Part shown: piece after piece, positions 1 through 11,476 of the stretch
Layout: each line of letters begins with the position of its first letter
Numbering within the stretch: the stretch's first letter is position 1
Assembly: GCA_964016885.1 (NCBI GenBank)
Contig: OZ024743.1
Location: forward strand, 287,184,001 to 287,248,000
Origin: Eledone cirrhosa
Taxonomy: Eukaryota
Reading direction: 5' to 3'
Length of the DNA stretch: 64,000 nucleotides
Program-made: the position numbers and the translations under genes
Notes under the pieces: model-generated
The model's input: the letters and a program-made list of their open reading frames with translations, nothing else
What the model was told of the DNA's origin: nothing
Database searches by the model: none

Positions 1-186
1 CCTTTCATAGGTTATAGATTCCATACACTGGTGGTTTTTTCCCCTGTATTATTGATAACGCACAGTATATCTCTCTCTGGTGTGTTACCTTTTCAACATA
101 TTGTATTTTAAAGATCCCAGGATCTGTTCTCCTTTGAGCACATTGTTTACAGGGAATAGCGAGGGCCTATGCCTCCGTTAATTTAT

Positions 187-224
<38 letters not shown>

Positions 225-232
<8 letters not shown>

Positions 233-723
233 ATACTTTGGGAGGGTCATGTTGCCAATAAGAAACACACGCACCAGTTGCTTTCACTTCAATTTATTAT
301 ATATTTATAAATTTATAAATTTCTGGTTGGTTGGTTGGTTCCACAACCAGATAGTTGTTTATAGATAGTCATAGTCCTTTCGTCACACACTCTGTGACCT
401 CTTCAGTGACTGGGGATTCCTTTCTTTGTTTCTGTGCCTCTCCTTTCTCTGTCCTACGCCAGAAACAAAATGGCGTAGGACAGAGAAAGGAGAGGCACAG
501 AAACAAAGAAAGGAATCCCCAGTCACTGAAGAGGTCACAGAGTGTGTGACGAAAGGACTATGACTATATATAAACAACTATCTGGTTGTGGAACCAACCA
601 ACCAACCAGAAATTTATAAATTTATAAATTTGTAAATTTATAAATATATAATAAATTGAAGTGAAAGCAACTGGTGCGTGTGTTTCTTATTGGCAACATG
701 ACCCTCCCAAAGTATAACAATAT
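225..723. repeat. ~240-bp-arm fold-back palindrome (PLE pLTR-derived) next to (TA)n, with a hammerhead in each arm
   Basis: 225-461 is the reverse complement of 471-723 apart from small indels; 9-nt loop GAAACAAAA. Confidence 0.9.
521..565 (+). ncRNA. Minimal type I hammerhead ribozyme (mirror copy 367-411, minus strand)
   Basis: AGTCA-CTGAAGA-G-GTCACA(gagtg)TGTGAC-GAAAG-GA-CTA-TGACT: stem I AGTCA/TGACT, stem II, GAAA core, 2-bp stem III, CUA site. Confidence 0.7.
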
Positions 724-775
724 CGGTTTCAACACACGATTTCAGATAAAGAATCTTGCTAAACAAATTCAGAAA

Positions 776-831
<56 letters not shown>

Positions 832-879
832 TTTATTTATTTATATTTCTCTTAAGTCAGTATTGTTTGGTTGGGTGTT

Positions 880-2400
880 GTTATTTCATTCATTTTTTCT
901 GTTTAGCTTTGGCCTTCTAAGTTCTATTTCACTTGCCTCTCTGATTTGCCTATCTGCTGGGTCATTTCTATGTTTAGATATTATTCTAATTTCTATGTTG
1001 TCTATGTTACAGTCGTGTTGTTGTCTGGCGTGTTCGTATAGTACTGAACCGTTTTTTCGTCCTTTTAGTTCCCCCCAGTGTTAGTCTATCCTTTCAACTA
1101 TGCTACGAGTTGTCTCGCCTATGTATGTTGTTGTCATGTTTCTGCAAGTACCCTCTGTACATCTTATGCTATAGACTACGTTTCTAGTTTTACAGTTTAT
1201 CCGGGGGTTTACTTTACATATAATACATTTCCTATTAGTACAGTGGGTTTTCTTAAAAGGGTATGTTTTACTGATCAGGGATTTTATGGTAGTTCCTGGC
1301 TTTCTACTACCTTATTCTTTAAGTGGGTCTTTCTTAGGACCTTTCTACACTGGTTAGCTAATTTGTCTCCAGGGGTAGCGTCCACGAACATGATACTCTG
1401 GTTTCTCTGGTTGTCGTACCATGAGGTGGCTTTCTCTATATTATGTTTAGTCCTATCTAAGCTATTCCATGATTTACTCCTGTATAATGGGCAAATTCCT
1501 TTCATGTCCAGTTCTATGAGGGTCTTATACTTCTCCGTGGCTTCTTCGTATACTCTGATTCTGTCTCTTTGGTTGTAGCCAGAGAACTGCATGCGGTTGA
1601 TGAAGTGTTGGATGTGTCTTTCCATTTCTGTTGGGTCGCACATGCGGGACACGTTCTTCATCACTCGTACCAAGTCTGCGATCAGAATATTAAACTTAGC
1701 ACTACTGGACATTGCTGAGCTTTTGAGTATCAGGTATTTGGAGGCCATGGGTTTAGCGTAGTGTGAGTGGAGAATTTAGGCCCTCTCGTCTATAGTGTTA
1801 ATCCAGAGTTCCGTGTCTAATACAGGTAGTCTACTGTTAGGGTGTTTGGAAGGGTAGTCGATAGTTACGGTTATACTCTGGTGTATGTAATTAGCTATCT
1901 GCTGGATGCTTTCCATTATGCTACATTCTAAATCATACTTGTTAGTACTCTCTTGTGGGGGTGTCCTTGTTACTATATTAATGTCGTCTACGTAACGAGA
2001 GTACATGATGAGGTCTATGGAGCTCTCATCAAGGAGATCTTCGAGTCTCCTTTCCCACCATACCATAAAAAGGTTGGCAACGTCACCAGCTATGCTGACG
2101 CCAATGGCTGCTCCCTCATTTTGGGTGTAGATCTTCTCGTTGAATTTGAATATGTGGCCTTTTAGGGTAGCCCCTATTGCATGCGCGACCATTTTTCTTA
2201 TCTGATAATTGTTTTGGGGGGTCCATATGGCTTTGGTGCCCCCCCCCCCCAATCCACCTTTCCATGGGAGTCTTTTTTGCCATTGAGGTTATGGTGGGGA
2301 GTCTACCTCTTATGGGTCTACTGTGGCAGAAACGGCTAAGGTCATGGCTGTCTAGGTAGTCGGTGTCATAGGCAAGTCTAAGTAGGAGGCCGTATTTGGG
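880..2400 (-). mobile_element. Penelope-like element, RT plus C-terminal GIY-YIG, disrupted
   Basis: ORFs 1776-2252 (QNEGAAIG..ANLFM, SRYVDD) and 1284-1748; minus-strand translation near 1000-1200 gives RNVVYSIRC..TYIGETTRS..R; stops and frameshifts. Confidence 0.85.
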
Positions 2401-3208
2401 AATTTATTTTGTAGCCTTTTAGAGAATTTTGTGCCAAACAAAAGATAATGGTCAAGAAAAACGGGATGGGGAGAATTGTTCTGGTTCAGTGAATATGGCT
2501 GGTGCGCTGGGGTGTCAGAATTCAGACTTTCTATTGAAATAAAGAAAGTAGAGGTATGTATGTTTATTTGTGTGCTTGTGTGTGTGTAGGAAGATGATTC
2601 TATTAGTAGAAATGGGAAAGGGAGTTGTGTGTGTATGGGTGTTATGTGTGTATGTGTGTGGGGGAGTATGGTTAGCATGTTATGATGGAGAGAATATATA
2701 AATTGTGTGTGTGTGTGTCTGTGTGTAGGAAAATGATTCTATTAGTAGAATTGGGGAGGGAGTTGTGTGTGTGTGTCTTTTAAGTAAAAAGAAATTCAAA
2801 CACAAACTGGCGCGAAAGATGATGTGCTTATTCACGTGACTGCATCAACCAACCAAACACTCATATATGAAAAAACAACCTGACCCCCCCCCCCTATGTT
2901 TGAAGGCAAATATAATAAGAATTTTGTAACGCGAACTGGCGCGAAATTTATTATATTATTCACCAACCAACCGAATTACTTCTCTAGTAAACCTAGCATT
3001 TCGAGCCACTTTTTTCCATATAAAATAGAAGTAACATTCAAAGACCAACCAGATGTGAGTAAATCCACAAACCCTCCATCTCAATTCTACTTTTGAAAAG
3101 CAGAGGAACTGCGAAACCCGTAAAGGAACCAAATAAATATATATTTAAAAAAGAAAAGGCTTTAGTTGCATTTTCGATTTCATCTTTTTCCGTATATATA
3201 TATATATA

Positions 3209-3331
3209 TAAGTTGTAATAGAATGAAACGAAATTTCATTTCTCACTCTTAGTACGGCACTTACTTACATTTAAGTAAGTGCCGTACTAAGAGTGAGAAA
3301 TGAAATTTCGTTTCATTCTATTACAACTTAT
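3209..3331. repeat. ~60-bp-arm palindrome beside (TA)n
   Basis: TAAGTTGTAATAG...CACTTACTTA-cat-TTAAGTAAGTG...CTATTACAACTTA. Confidence 0.9.
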
Positions 3332-3450
3332 CGGTTTCGGTACGCCTGGCCGACTGAACTCACTCGATATGCAAATTAGGCTGCTCAGCCGTTAATTTTC
3401 ATAAGGAAAGTATATACTTTCGAACGTTCAACCATCTGGCAGAAGGGTAT

Positions 3451-3493
3451 ACGGTGCTGATGATAGCTAAGAAGCTTGAAACTAGTACATCGT
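3451..3493 (+). ncRNA. Minimal type I hammerhead ribozyme
   Basis: ACGGTG-CTGATGA-TAGC(taagaa)GCTT-GAAAC-TA-GTA-CATCGT; stem I ACGGTG/CATCGT, self-complementary CTAG in stem III, GUA site. Confidence 0.8.
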
Positions 3494-3642
3494 TCCTGTG
3501 TCAGTGTTGAACAAAAAGGTGACGTGGTTGCCTTAACACCGTACGGCATAAATCAGGCTGTCCGTTTGTTTACAAACGGACAAAGCGGGCGTTATAATAA
3601 ACGTCCGCTAAACTGATACGTACATATATATATGTGTACCTG

Positions 3643-3747
<105 letters not shown>

Positions 3748-3821
3748 GTTATTCCGGGTTGAATCGGAGGTAACCACAGTAAGTAAGGTACTCAATACAT
3801 AGCAGAGTATAACAGTTTTAA

Positions 3822-3870
3822 GATTCCTGATGATTTCTAATGAATGAAACAGTTCTAGTCCTGTAGAATC
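3822..3870 (+). ncRNA. Type I hammerhead ribozyme in a solo pLTR (3746-3886) between (TA)n tracts
   Basis: GATTC-CTGATGA-TTTC(taat)GAAT-GAAACAG(ttctagtc)CTGTA-GAATC; 4-bp stem III, GUA site; same family at 37879-38072. Confidence 0.85.
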
Positions 3871-3883
3871 TCATCTATATTAA

Positions 3884-3946
<63 letters not shown>

Positions 3947-3986
3947 TGCTACTGTACGTCTGTATACATATATGTATGTATGTTAC

Positions 3987-4028
<42 letters not shown>

Positions 4029-4032
<4 letters not shown>

Positions 4033-4233
4033 GTAGAACACTGGAAGGTAATATCCGTAGTGGTAGAGCACTCAGTCCATGGGACGAGTTAGGTAGAAGT
4101 GGTTGCACAGCAGTTAGTTCACCATACCGAGAACAATTGTTTCACCTTAGCAGATCCTCAGCTCGAGCTGAGGATCCGCTAAGGTGAAACAATTGTTCTC
4201 GGTATGGTGAACTAACTGTTGTGTAACTACTTT
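4029..4233. repeat. Fold-back PLE pLTR with hammerheads on both strands, apex CTCGAG 4162-4167
   Basis: Left part is the reverse complement of pLTR 41677-41813; CTGAGGA-TCC(gctaa)GGT-GAAAC-AATT-GTT-CTCG. Confidence 0.85.
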
Positions 4234-4432
4234 TATATATATATATATACAAAATGTTAAAACGATCAAATTTTAGTTTAGAACATTTATTTGCTCACAA
4301 TTGTATCTCGGCTGTGTAAAACACTTGAAATTTTGCATTGAGCCTTTTGTCATACCGGTAACCGGGTAGTACTTAGTACTACCCTACATATTTGTAGTTG
4401 TATCAAACATATATAAATATAAATATTCTTAT

Positions 4433-4524
<92 letters not shown>

Positions 4525-5712
4525 AGCACTCGACAAATATTTGGAGTAGATATACGATATTAATAAATGGGTTGGCACTAGGAAGTGTATCTGGCTGTAA
4601 AAGCCTCAAAAAGGACCTCGTGGTGACCATCAAGTTTTTGATGGGACTCACAGAATTAACCTGTATATTCGGTTTCAACCTTTTGTCTCTCATTTTATTT
4701 ACCTAAAACGAAAGATCCATATTAGAGGAATGGCAGAATCACAAGAGCGACATTTGTTCCACACGCTTTCTTGAGCATTAATTTTCATTGCTGTTATGCA
4801 GCACTGGACAGCAAACTTATCTTGTAATCGAAGATCACCTTCCGACGAGTTACGAAGTACCATGTCGACTGTTCATACACCCGCCAGTTTTGATATCACT
4901 TCCAACCCTGTATATGAAGATTAAGATCAAGAGAGGTGGCAATACACAACCATAGCAGAGTCCGATAACAACATTGAATGATTTCGACTTCGCACCATTT
5001 TTCTAAACATAAATACTAGAGCATTCATGTAGGGACTTCAAGGCAACAAAAAGCTGTCCATTGACCCATACTCCTGCGGAACCTTACACAAGTCCCGTGG
5101 AATACGGCCTTACGCTTTTACGAGGTCTACGAAACAAGATACACTTCTTGGCAATACTCCCACAATTTCTCGAAGACCTACTGTACTGAGAATATTGGTC
5201 GGCTGTGCTACGTTTGGGGCAAAAACTACACTGTACATCAGCTAACTTTAACTTGTAGCAAGAGTTGCCTCCCTTGTCATGACAATCTCATCACCGCTCT
5301 CTAGACAGGAAGTAGCTGGAGTTGCTTCCCTTTGGGATTGACAGACTCCCTGTTGGTCACTTCCGGTCACCTCCAATAAAAGGAACAGGTCACCACGATA
5401 TCTCTCTCTTGCCTCCTGATTTCCGAAGTGGTAACACCTGCGACCTTAGCTTGAGATGATTCATTTTTGATAATCCTTCGCTACCAAGAACAATGCAACT
5501 TGTAGCCTAAGAGCCTAAGATGTTAATACCAGCTAGAAAAGATCTCTTCTTTTCTCTACCAACTTCAGCCTGGAGTTGTGACCATCGGGTAATGAATCCT
5601 TAATATTTAATACCTTTGACTTCTATGAAGTAAAAACATTATTACAACACACACCGGTATTTACTGTCTTTTATAATAATTTTATATGTACACCGATACT
5701 AATCTCCCAAAG

Positions 5713-5733
5713 TGGTGACCCCCGACGTGATTT
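5713..5733 (+). promoter_or_regulatory. Primer-binding site for tRNA-Trp
   Basis: TGGTGACCCCCGACGTGATTT complements the tRNA-Trp 3' end (AAATCACGTCGGGGTCACCA) with one extra C. Confidence 0.9.
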
Positions 5734-6198
5734 AAAAAAAAAAAAAAGAATGGGAAATGGTATACGGTGTATATAGTAAAAAAAAAGAAAGACAGAAGAA
5801 AAAGAGAAAAATATAACAATTTAATACAAAACGAACACCTACAATTATTGACACACACACAAACAGCAATTGTATAAATGTTTTTACCTTATTTTTTTTC
5901 TCTCCTTTTCTGCCCTTCTCTTCTCTGGCTAAAAATTTTTGAGGATGACAAGATGGAGTCTCTCTTCTCCATCAATAGTGTTTTTGGCACGAAATAGTCC
6001 GCCATGTTGGATTTTTTTTTTTTAGGTTCCTTGCCCTTACCTTAGTATAACAGCATTCACTTAATCGCCTGTTTACATATTGTCCCAGATGCATAATTTT
6101 CCGGTCCAGTGGTTTGACAGAGAAATAAGCGATTTTGTTTTCCTTTTCTGTTACGTTAGAGACATTTTTCCAAACGGTAGATTGCCTACGGTATATCA

Positions 6199-6972
6199 AT
6201 GGCTTCCCACTCTGTTCTGCCAACGTACACGGGCGACGTGAGGCTATGGTTCGCCCAGTTAGAAGCATTCTTCAGGGCGAACAGAGTTGACGAGGAACTA
6301 CAACATTCTGTGGTCCCTAGCGCAATTCCGCCGGCAATTCTCCCAGCGGTTAAGGACCTCGTGTTAGAGACAACCACAGACTAGTCGTACACGTCTCTGA
6401 AGGCTGAAATACTCAACCGGACAGAACAGTCTTCAGAAAAAAGATTTAGGGCTCTGGTCCATCTGGAGCATATAGGGGATGGCACCCCATCGAATCTCCT
6501 TAGGCGAATGAAGGACCTAACGGAGGGGTCTGCAGCGGAAACTGTCCTGCTGAAGCAGTTGTTCTTCTCGCGCTTGCCGACCAACGTACAGGCAATTTTG
6601 GCCCCCATGAGGGATACAAGCACGGTGGATCAGCTTGCCGCATCTGCGGACAAAGTTTTCGAGGTGACGAATGCCGCTGTTCACCACCCAGCTCGGGCCA
6701 CACACGGCCATGCGATCTACGCGGCAGCGCCAACAGACAGCTCGACCATTATAGCGATGCAAAGGTCCATTCAGGAGCTCACCATAGAGCTCCACAAGAT
6801 GAAGGCCTTATGTGGTGGCTGTTCGCGCCCCCGCAGTCGCGGGAGATCGCAAAATTTTAGACGCCGTTCTAAGTCACCAGCTTCATCTTTATGCTGGTAC
6901 CACGAGCGATTTGCTGAGAACGCGAGTCACTGCGTGCAACCTTGCTCCTTTCATAAGGCGGGAAACGCCTAA
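6199..6972 (+). pseudogene. gag: Gypsy gag with premature TAG at 6382-6384
   Basis: WFAQLEAFF..., LFFSRLP..VQAIL, LA..ADK, CWYHERFAENASHCVQPC motifs in one frame. Confidence 0.85.
6960..6966 (+). promoter_or_regulatory. Likely -1 ribosomal frameshift heptamer G GGA AAC joining gag and pol
   Basis: X XXY YYZ in gag frame just before the stop; -1 frame runs into LMGTAD..FLVDTGAS protease. Confidence 0.75.
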
Positions 6973-9900
6973 GAGGTCCGCTGATGGGGACAGCTGACCT
7001 CAACATAAAGTCACCAAACCGCCATTTCTTCATTAAGGACCTAATGTCCGGAAGAGGTTTCCTCGTGGATACAGGAGCCTCCTGTAGTATTTGGCCGGTC
7101 CATTGCCTGAAAGATACCCCCATAGAGTCATCTGTTACGCTGCAGGCAGTTAACCACTCGTCTATAAAGACGTACGGGAAAATCTCGCTCCCTCTTAAAT
7201 TCCTAAATCTTCGAAGGGATTTTAAGTGGTTTAGCGAGAGTACTGGGTTGTATGAATGTAACAAGGAATACATTGTTTGTGTGTATAATATTTAATTAAC
7301 AATGGTAGATAGTATAGTTGACATGTCAAAGTAATAGATGATAGAATGAAACAAAGTTAGTCGTTACCGTTTTGATTGCCAGGCAAACGCGGCTGGCAGA
7401 GGACGCCTGGCTAAAGCCAGGGCGCCGGAAGGGCAATGAGAGAATGAGAACTTAGAGTTGTTAGTTTTATAGGGTTCTGACCGGAAGTTGCAGAAAGGGT
7501 TCTACTTCCCGTCTGGATGTTAATCCAAACATGGTCGATGTTGAGAATGCGTTGACCTGGAAGGGTCAAGAGGCCAGCGACCAAAGAAATAAGCATTCTG
7601 AATAAATGCGCAGTTTTCAACGGCAAATTTACGTAGTAAATTTTTAAACCGGCAAATAGGAGAATATAGCTTAAGGCTGAAGAATCCTTGGCGAGAAACG
7701 TTATCTCTGGCGTGCGGCTATCTCTGTGAGTCGAGAATTTGTGCTGCCTACACGTGCCAATACAAGGTTGAAAAAATAATATTTCTAACGCGCGAGAAAA
7801 TGATGGTGCAAGTGTGAAAGTGACAATGATTAAAAAGAAAGGCTTCACTCAGCATAATTATTGGTGTGAACTTTGGAAAAAAAAAACTTGAACGATGAAG
7901 AAAACGATGAACAAAAAGGCAATGGTTCATCGAAAATAAATGTTCCTGTTGAAATGTTTTTTAAAGAATATCAAATTTCTTTTTTGTTTTTTTTTTGTTT
8001 TGAAAGAGTTCGTTGTAAGAAACGAGAAACATATATATATATTGGTGAAATGCGACAGTTAGTTGATGCGTGAGAGAAAAAGTCTGTCTGTGCGAATTCC
8101 ACATGTGCGTGTGTGCGTGTCCTTGAGTATTTTCATAGTTTGTCGATAAATTTGCTGTGTATTCGTAATGTTACTCACACAAAACCAGATGTGCTATTTT
8201 TTTCTTTTTTGGGGGTGACCACTTATAGCGATGAACGGCTGCGTGTTCGTATCACGTCAGGGTTACCAATATTGCGAAGAACTGGGTTGCATGAATGTAA
8301 CAAAACGAGACATGGTTTGTGTGTATAATATTTAATTAACAATGGTAGATAGTATAGTTGACATGTCAAAGTAATAGATGATAGAATGAAACAAAGTTAG
8401 TCGTTACCGTTTTGATTGCCAGGCAAACGCGGCTGGCAGAGGACGCCTGGCTAAAGCCAGGGCGCCGGAAGGGCAATGAGAGAATGAGAACTTAGAGTTG
8501 TTAGTTTTATAGGGTTCTGACCGGAAGTTGCAGAAAGGGTTCTACTTCTCGTCTGGATGTTAATCCAAACAAGGGAGACAACCGCTACAGTGGATTTTTA
8601 CGGTTGCCGATTTGCCATATCCCATCTTAGGAGCGGATTTCCTCCACAACTTCTCCTTAACTGTGGACGTCCGTGGCCAACGCCTGGTGGATAACATCAC
8701 CGGCTTTTCAATTCATGGCCAGGAAGCCAATGCTCCAATAGTCAGCCCCATGTTCTTTGTCGCTGCCGCTGGAGACGCCTACCATGCGTTGCTGGGTTCT
8801 TTCCCGGAGCTCACGGATGGAAATTTTCGAGTCACTGACCCAACACACTCGACCGAACATTTCGTTTCCACCACCGGTGCTCCAGTGTTTTCGCGTCCAC
8901 GCCGCTTACCGACGGAAAAATTAAAGGCAGCACGGTCCGAGTTCGACCATATGCTGCAGCTGGGCATTATTCGCCCATCTACGAGTCCTTGGGCTTCACC
9001 GTTACACATGGTGCCCAAGACTTCCGGCGACTGGAGACCTACTGGGGATTATAGGAGGTTAAATGCCATGACCGTCCCGGATAGGTATCCCATTCCCCAT
9101 CTCCACGATTTTGCATCTTCACTGCAGGGGTGTAAGATTTTTTCTAAGTTAGATTTAGTGCGAGCCTACCACCAAATTCCGGTCAGGAAGGAGGATATTC
9201 CGAAAACGGCGATTACAACCCCTTTCGGATCCTTCGAATTTTTGACCATGCCTTTCGGACTCAGGAACGCCGCTAGCACTTTTCAGCGGTTCATAGACGA
9301 GGTCACGCGTGGTCTGGACTTCGTTTATGCTTACATAGACGATATTCTCGTCGCTAGTTCCTCTCCGGAAGAGCATATGCGCCACATGCTTCTCTTATTT
9401 CGGCGACTTCAGGATTACCGGCGTTCGCGTGAATCCTGCAAAGTGTGTTTTCGGTTCCACTTCCCTACATTTTTTAGGCCACCTCATCGACGCCGAAGGT
9501 ATTAGGCCGCTCCCTCAGCGAGTTCAAGCCATACAGGAGTTACCTCCGCCTACTACACTTCACCAGTTGCGTCACTTCTTAGGCCTAATCAATTTCTATA
9601 GGCGTTTCATTCCTCATTGTGCTAATTGGCTATCTTCCCTTACTGACATTTTAAAAAATCGTCGTAAGAAGAATGAAGACATTTCCTTGACACAAGGACA
9701 GCTTCAGGACTTCCAGTCTGCCAAGACAGCACTCGCTAGTTCTTCTTTGCTAGTCCACCCGGTACCAGAGGCCAAGCTTTCGCTTTGTGTTGATGCATCT
9801 GATACCGCTGTGGGAGCAGTTTTACAGCAGTCTTACGCTGAAAACCAACAACCTTTGGCATTTTTCTCGAGGAAGTTGAAACCAGCAGAAACGCGTTATA

Positions 9901-11476
9901 GCACGTTTGGGCGGGAATTATTAGCCATATATCTGTCGGTGAAACATTTCTCTCATATTCTTGAGGGGAGAAATTTTACGGTTTTTACCGACCACAAACC
10001 GTTGACCTTCGCTTTGAGGGCCAAAGCCGACAGATATTCGCCCAGAGAGACAAGGCACCTGGACTACGTTTCACAATTTACAAACGATATCCAGCACATT
10101 GCCGGCTCGCACAACATAGTGGCAGACGCATTGTTACGTTTGCCAATTAGCTCCATCTCGTCATCCCAGGATATCGACTTAGGTCGTTTAGCTGCAGACC
10201 AACCTGCACTCCAATCGTTGGACACTCTTTCTACTGAATTTGCGACTTGCATTTTCAAATATCTGCCCTTGTCCACCACCGACAGGCAGATTCTATGTGA
10301 TGTATCTACTGATGCACCACGACCACTTGTTCCTGAGACTCACCGTCGAATTGTGTTCCTGGCTTTGCACAACATTTCTCATCCAGGATCTGCTGCCACA
10401 GTTAAACTCATAACAGCCAGATTCTTCTGGCCAAATATGAGGCGCGACATTGCTGCTTGGTGCCGTTCCTGTATCGCTTGCCAGAAATCGAAGATCCATA
10501 GACACATCCGGACTCCACTTGGTACTTTCAGTACTCCAGATGCTCGGTTTCAACACATCCACATTGACATCGTTGGACCTTGGCCATTCAGCAGTGGATA
10601 TTCTTACATATTGACGTGTGTCGATCGTTTTTCGCGATGGCCTGAAGCCATCCCTTTACAAGACATGACTGCTGAGACTGTAGCACGTGCCCTGGTATCA
10701 GGGTGGATTACCCGCTTTGGGGTACCAACTACACTCACCACAGACCGTGGTAGACAATTCGAGTCCCATCTCTTCTCTGAGCTCACAAAAATAATTGGAG
10801 CTCAACGGATTCGGACCACAGCCTATCATCCTGCTTCAAATGGAATGGTGGAACGATTCCACCGCCAATTAAAGGCCGCTCTTCGCGCCTATCCAGACTC
10901 TCAACGTTGGAGCGAGTACCTTCCTATTGTGTTATTAGGAATTCGGTCATCAATAAAGGAGGACCTTGGGTTCTCCCCGGCCGAATTAATTTACGGTGTT
11001 CCTCTAGCGTTGCCTGGGCAAATGCTTGCCCTTGTTGATCTTGCTTTCCAAGATCCGCTTTCCTACGTATCCCGTCTGCGTTCTTATTTTCAGGACCTGC
11101 CGCCGATGGATACGAGGAAGCAAACTGTAAAACCTGCGGTCCCGAGGGATATTGCCTCGTGGACCCATGTGTTCGTAAGGAACGATGTGTGAGACCACCC
11201 CTCACACAACCATACTCTGGACCCTACCGTGTGTTAGCACGCACTGACAAACATTTCACTGTAGACGTTAAGGGGTCCAGAGAGACAATTTCGGTGGATA
11301 GACTGAAAAGGGCACACAATGACGCTTATACACCCGAGTCACAAATACCCCAATCTTTCTCTCTTGTGCATACACCTGCTCCTTCTGCCCCACCTTCACC
11401 TACATACAAGACTACGACCCGTTCCGGTCGGAGAGTCCACTGGCCCAAAAAGTTCTGCCAAACTATTTTTATGTGA
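6966..11476 (+). pseudogene. pol: Gypsy pol (protease, RT, RNase H, integrase); insertion at 7230-8589, frameshifts near 9420 and 11190
   Basis: FLVDTGA; DYRRLN, MPFGL, YIDD; DAS..GAVL, TDHKPL; H..HPG/C..C, HIDIVGP, TDRGRQF, VERFH; DFKW/IFTVAD rejoins across the insert. Confidence 0.92.
7230..8589 (-). mobile_element. Non-autonomous, non-coding LTR element (TRIM-like) nested in the Gypsy protease
   Basis: GTGG TSD; ends TTTAGCG...CGCTACA; ~300-bp direct repeats 7230-7531 and ~8270-8589; tRNA-Trp PBS on minus strand; no credible ORF. Confidence 0.9.

Noticed and set aside
355-577. Two near-identical 64-aa ORFs on opposite strands
   Set aside because: Consequence of the palindrome; no protein features
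8235-8266. tRNA-Trp gene
   Set aside because: Only the 3' part with encoded CCA, adjacent to an LTR: a PBS
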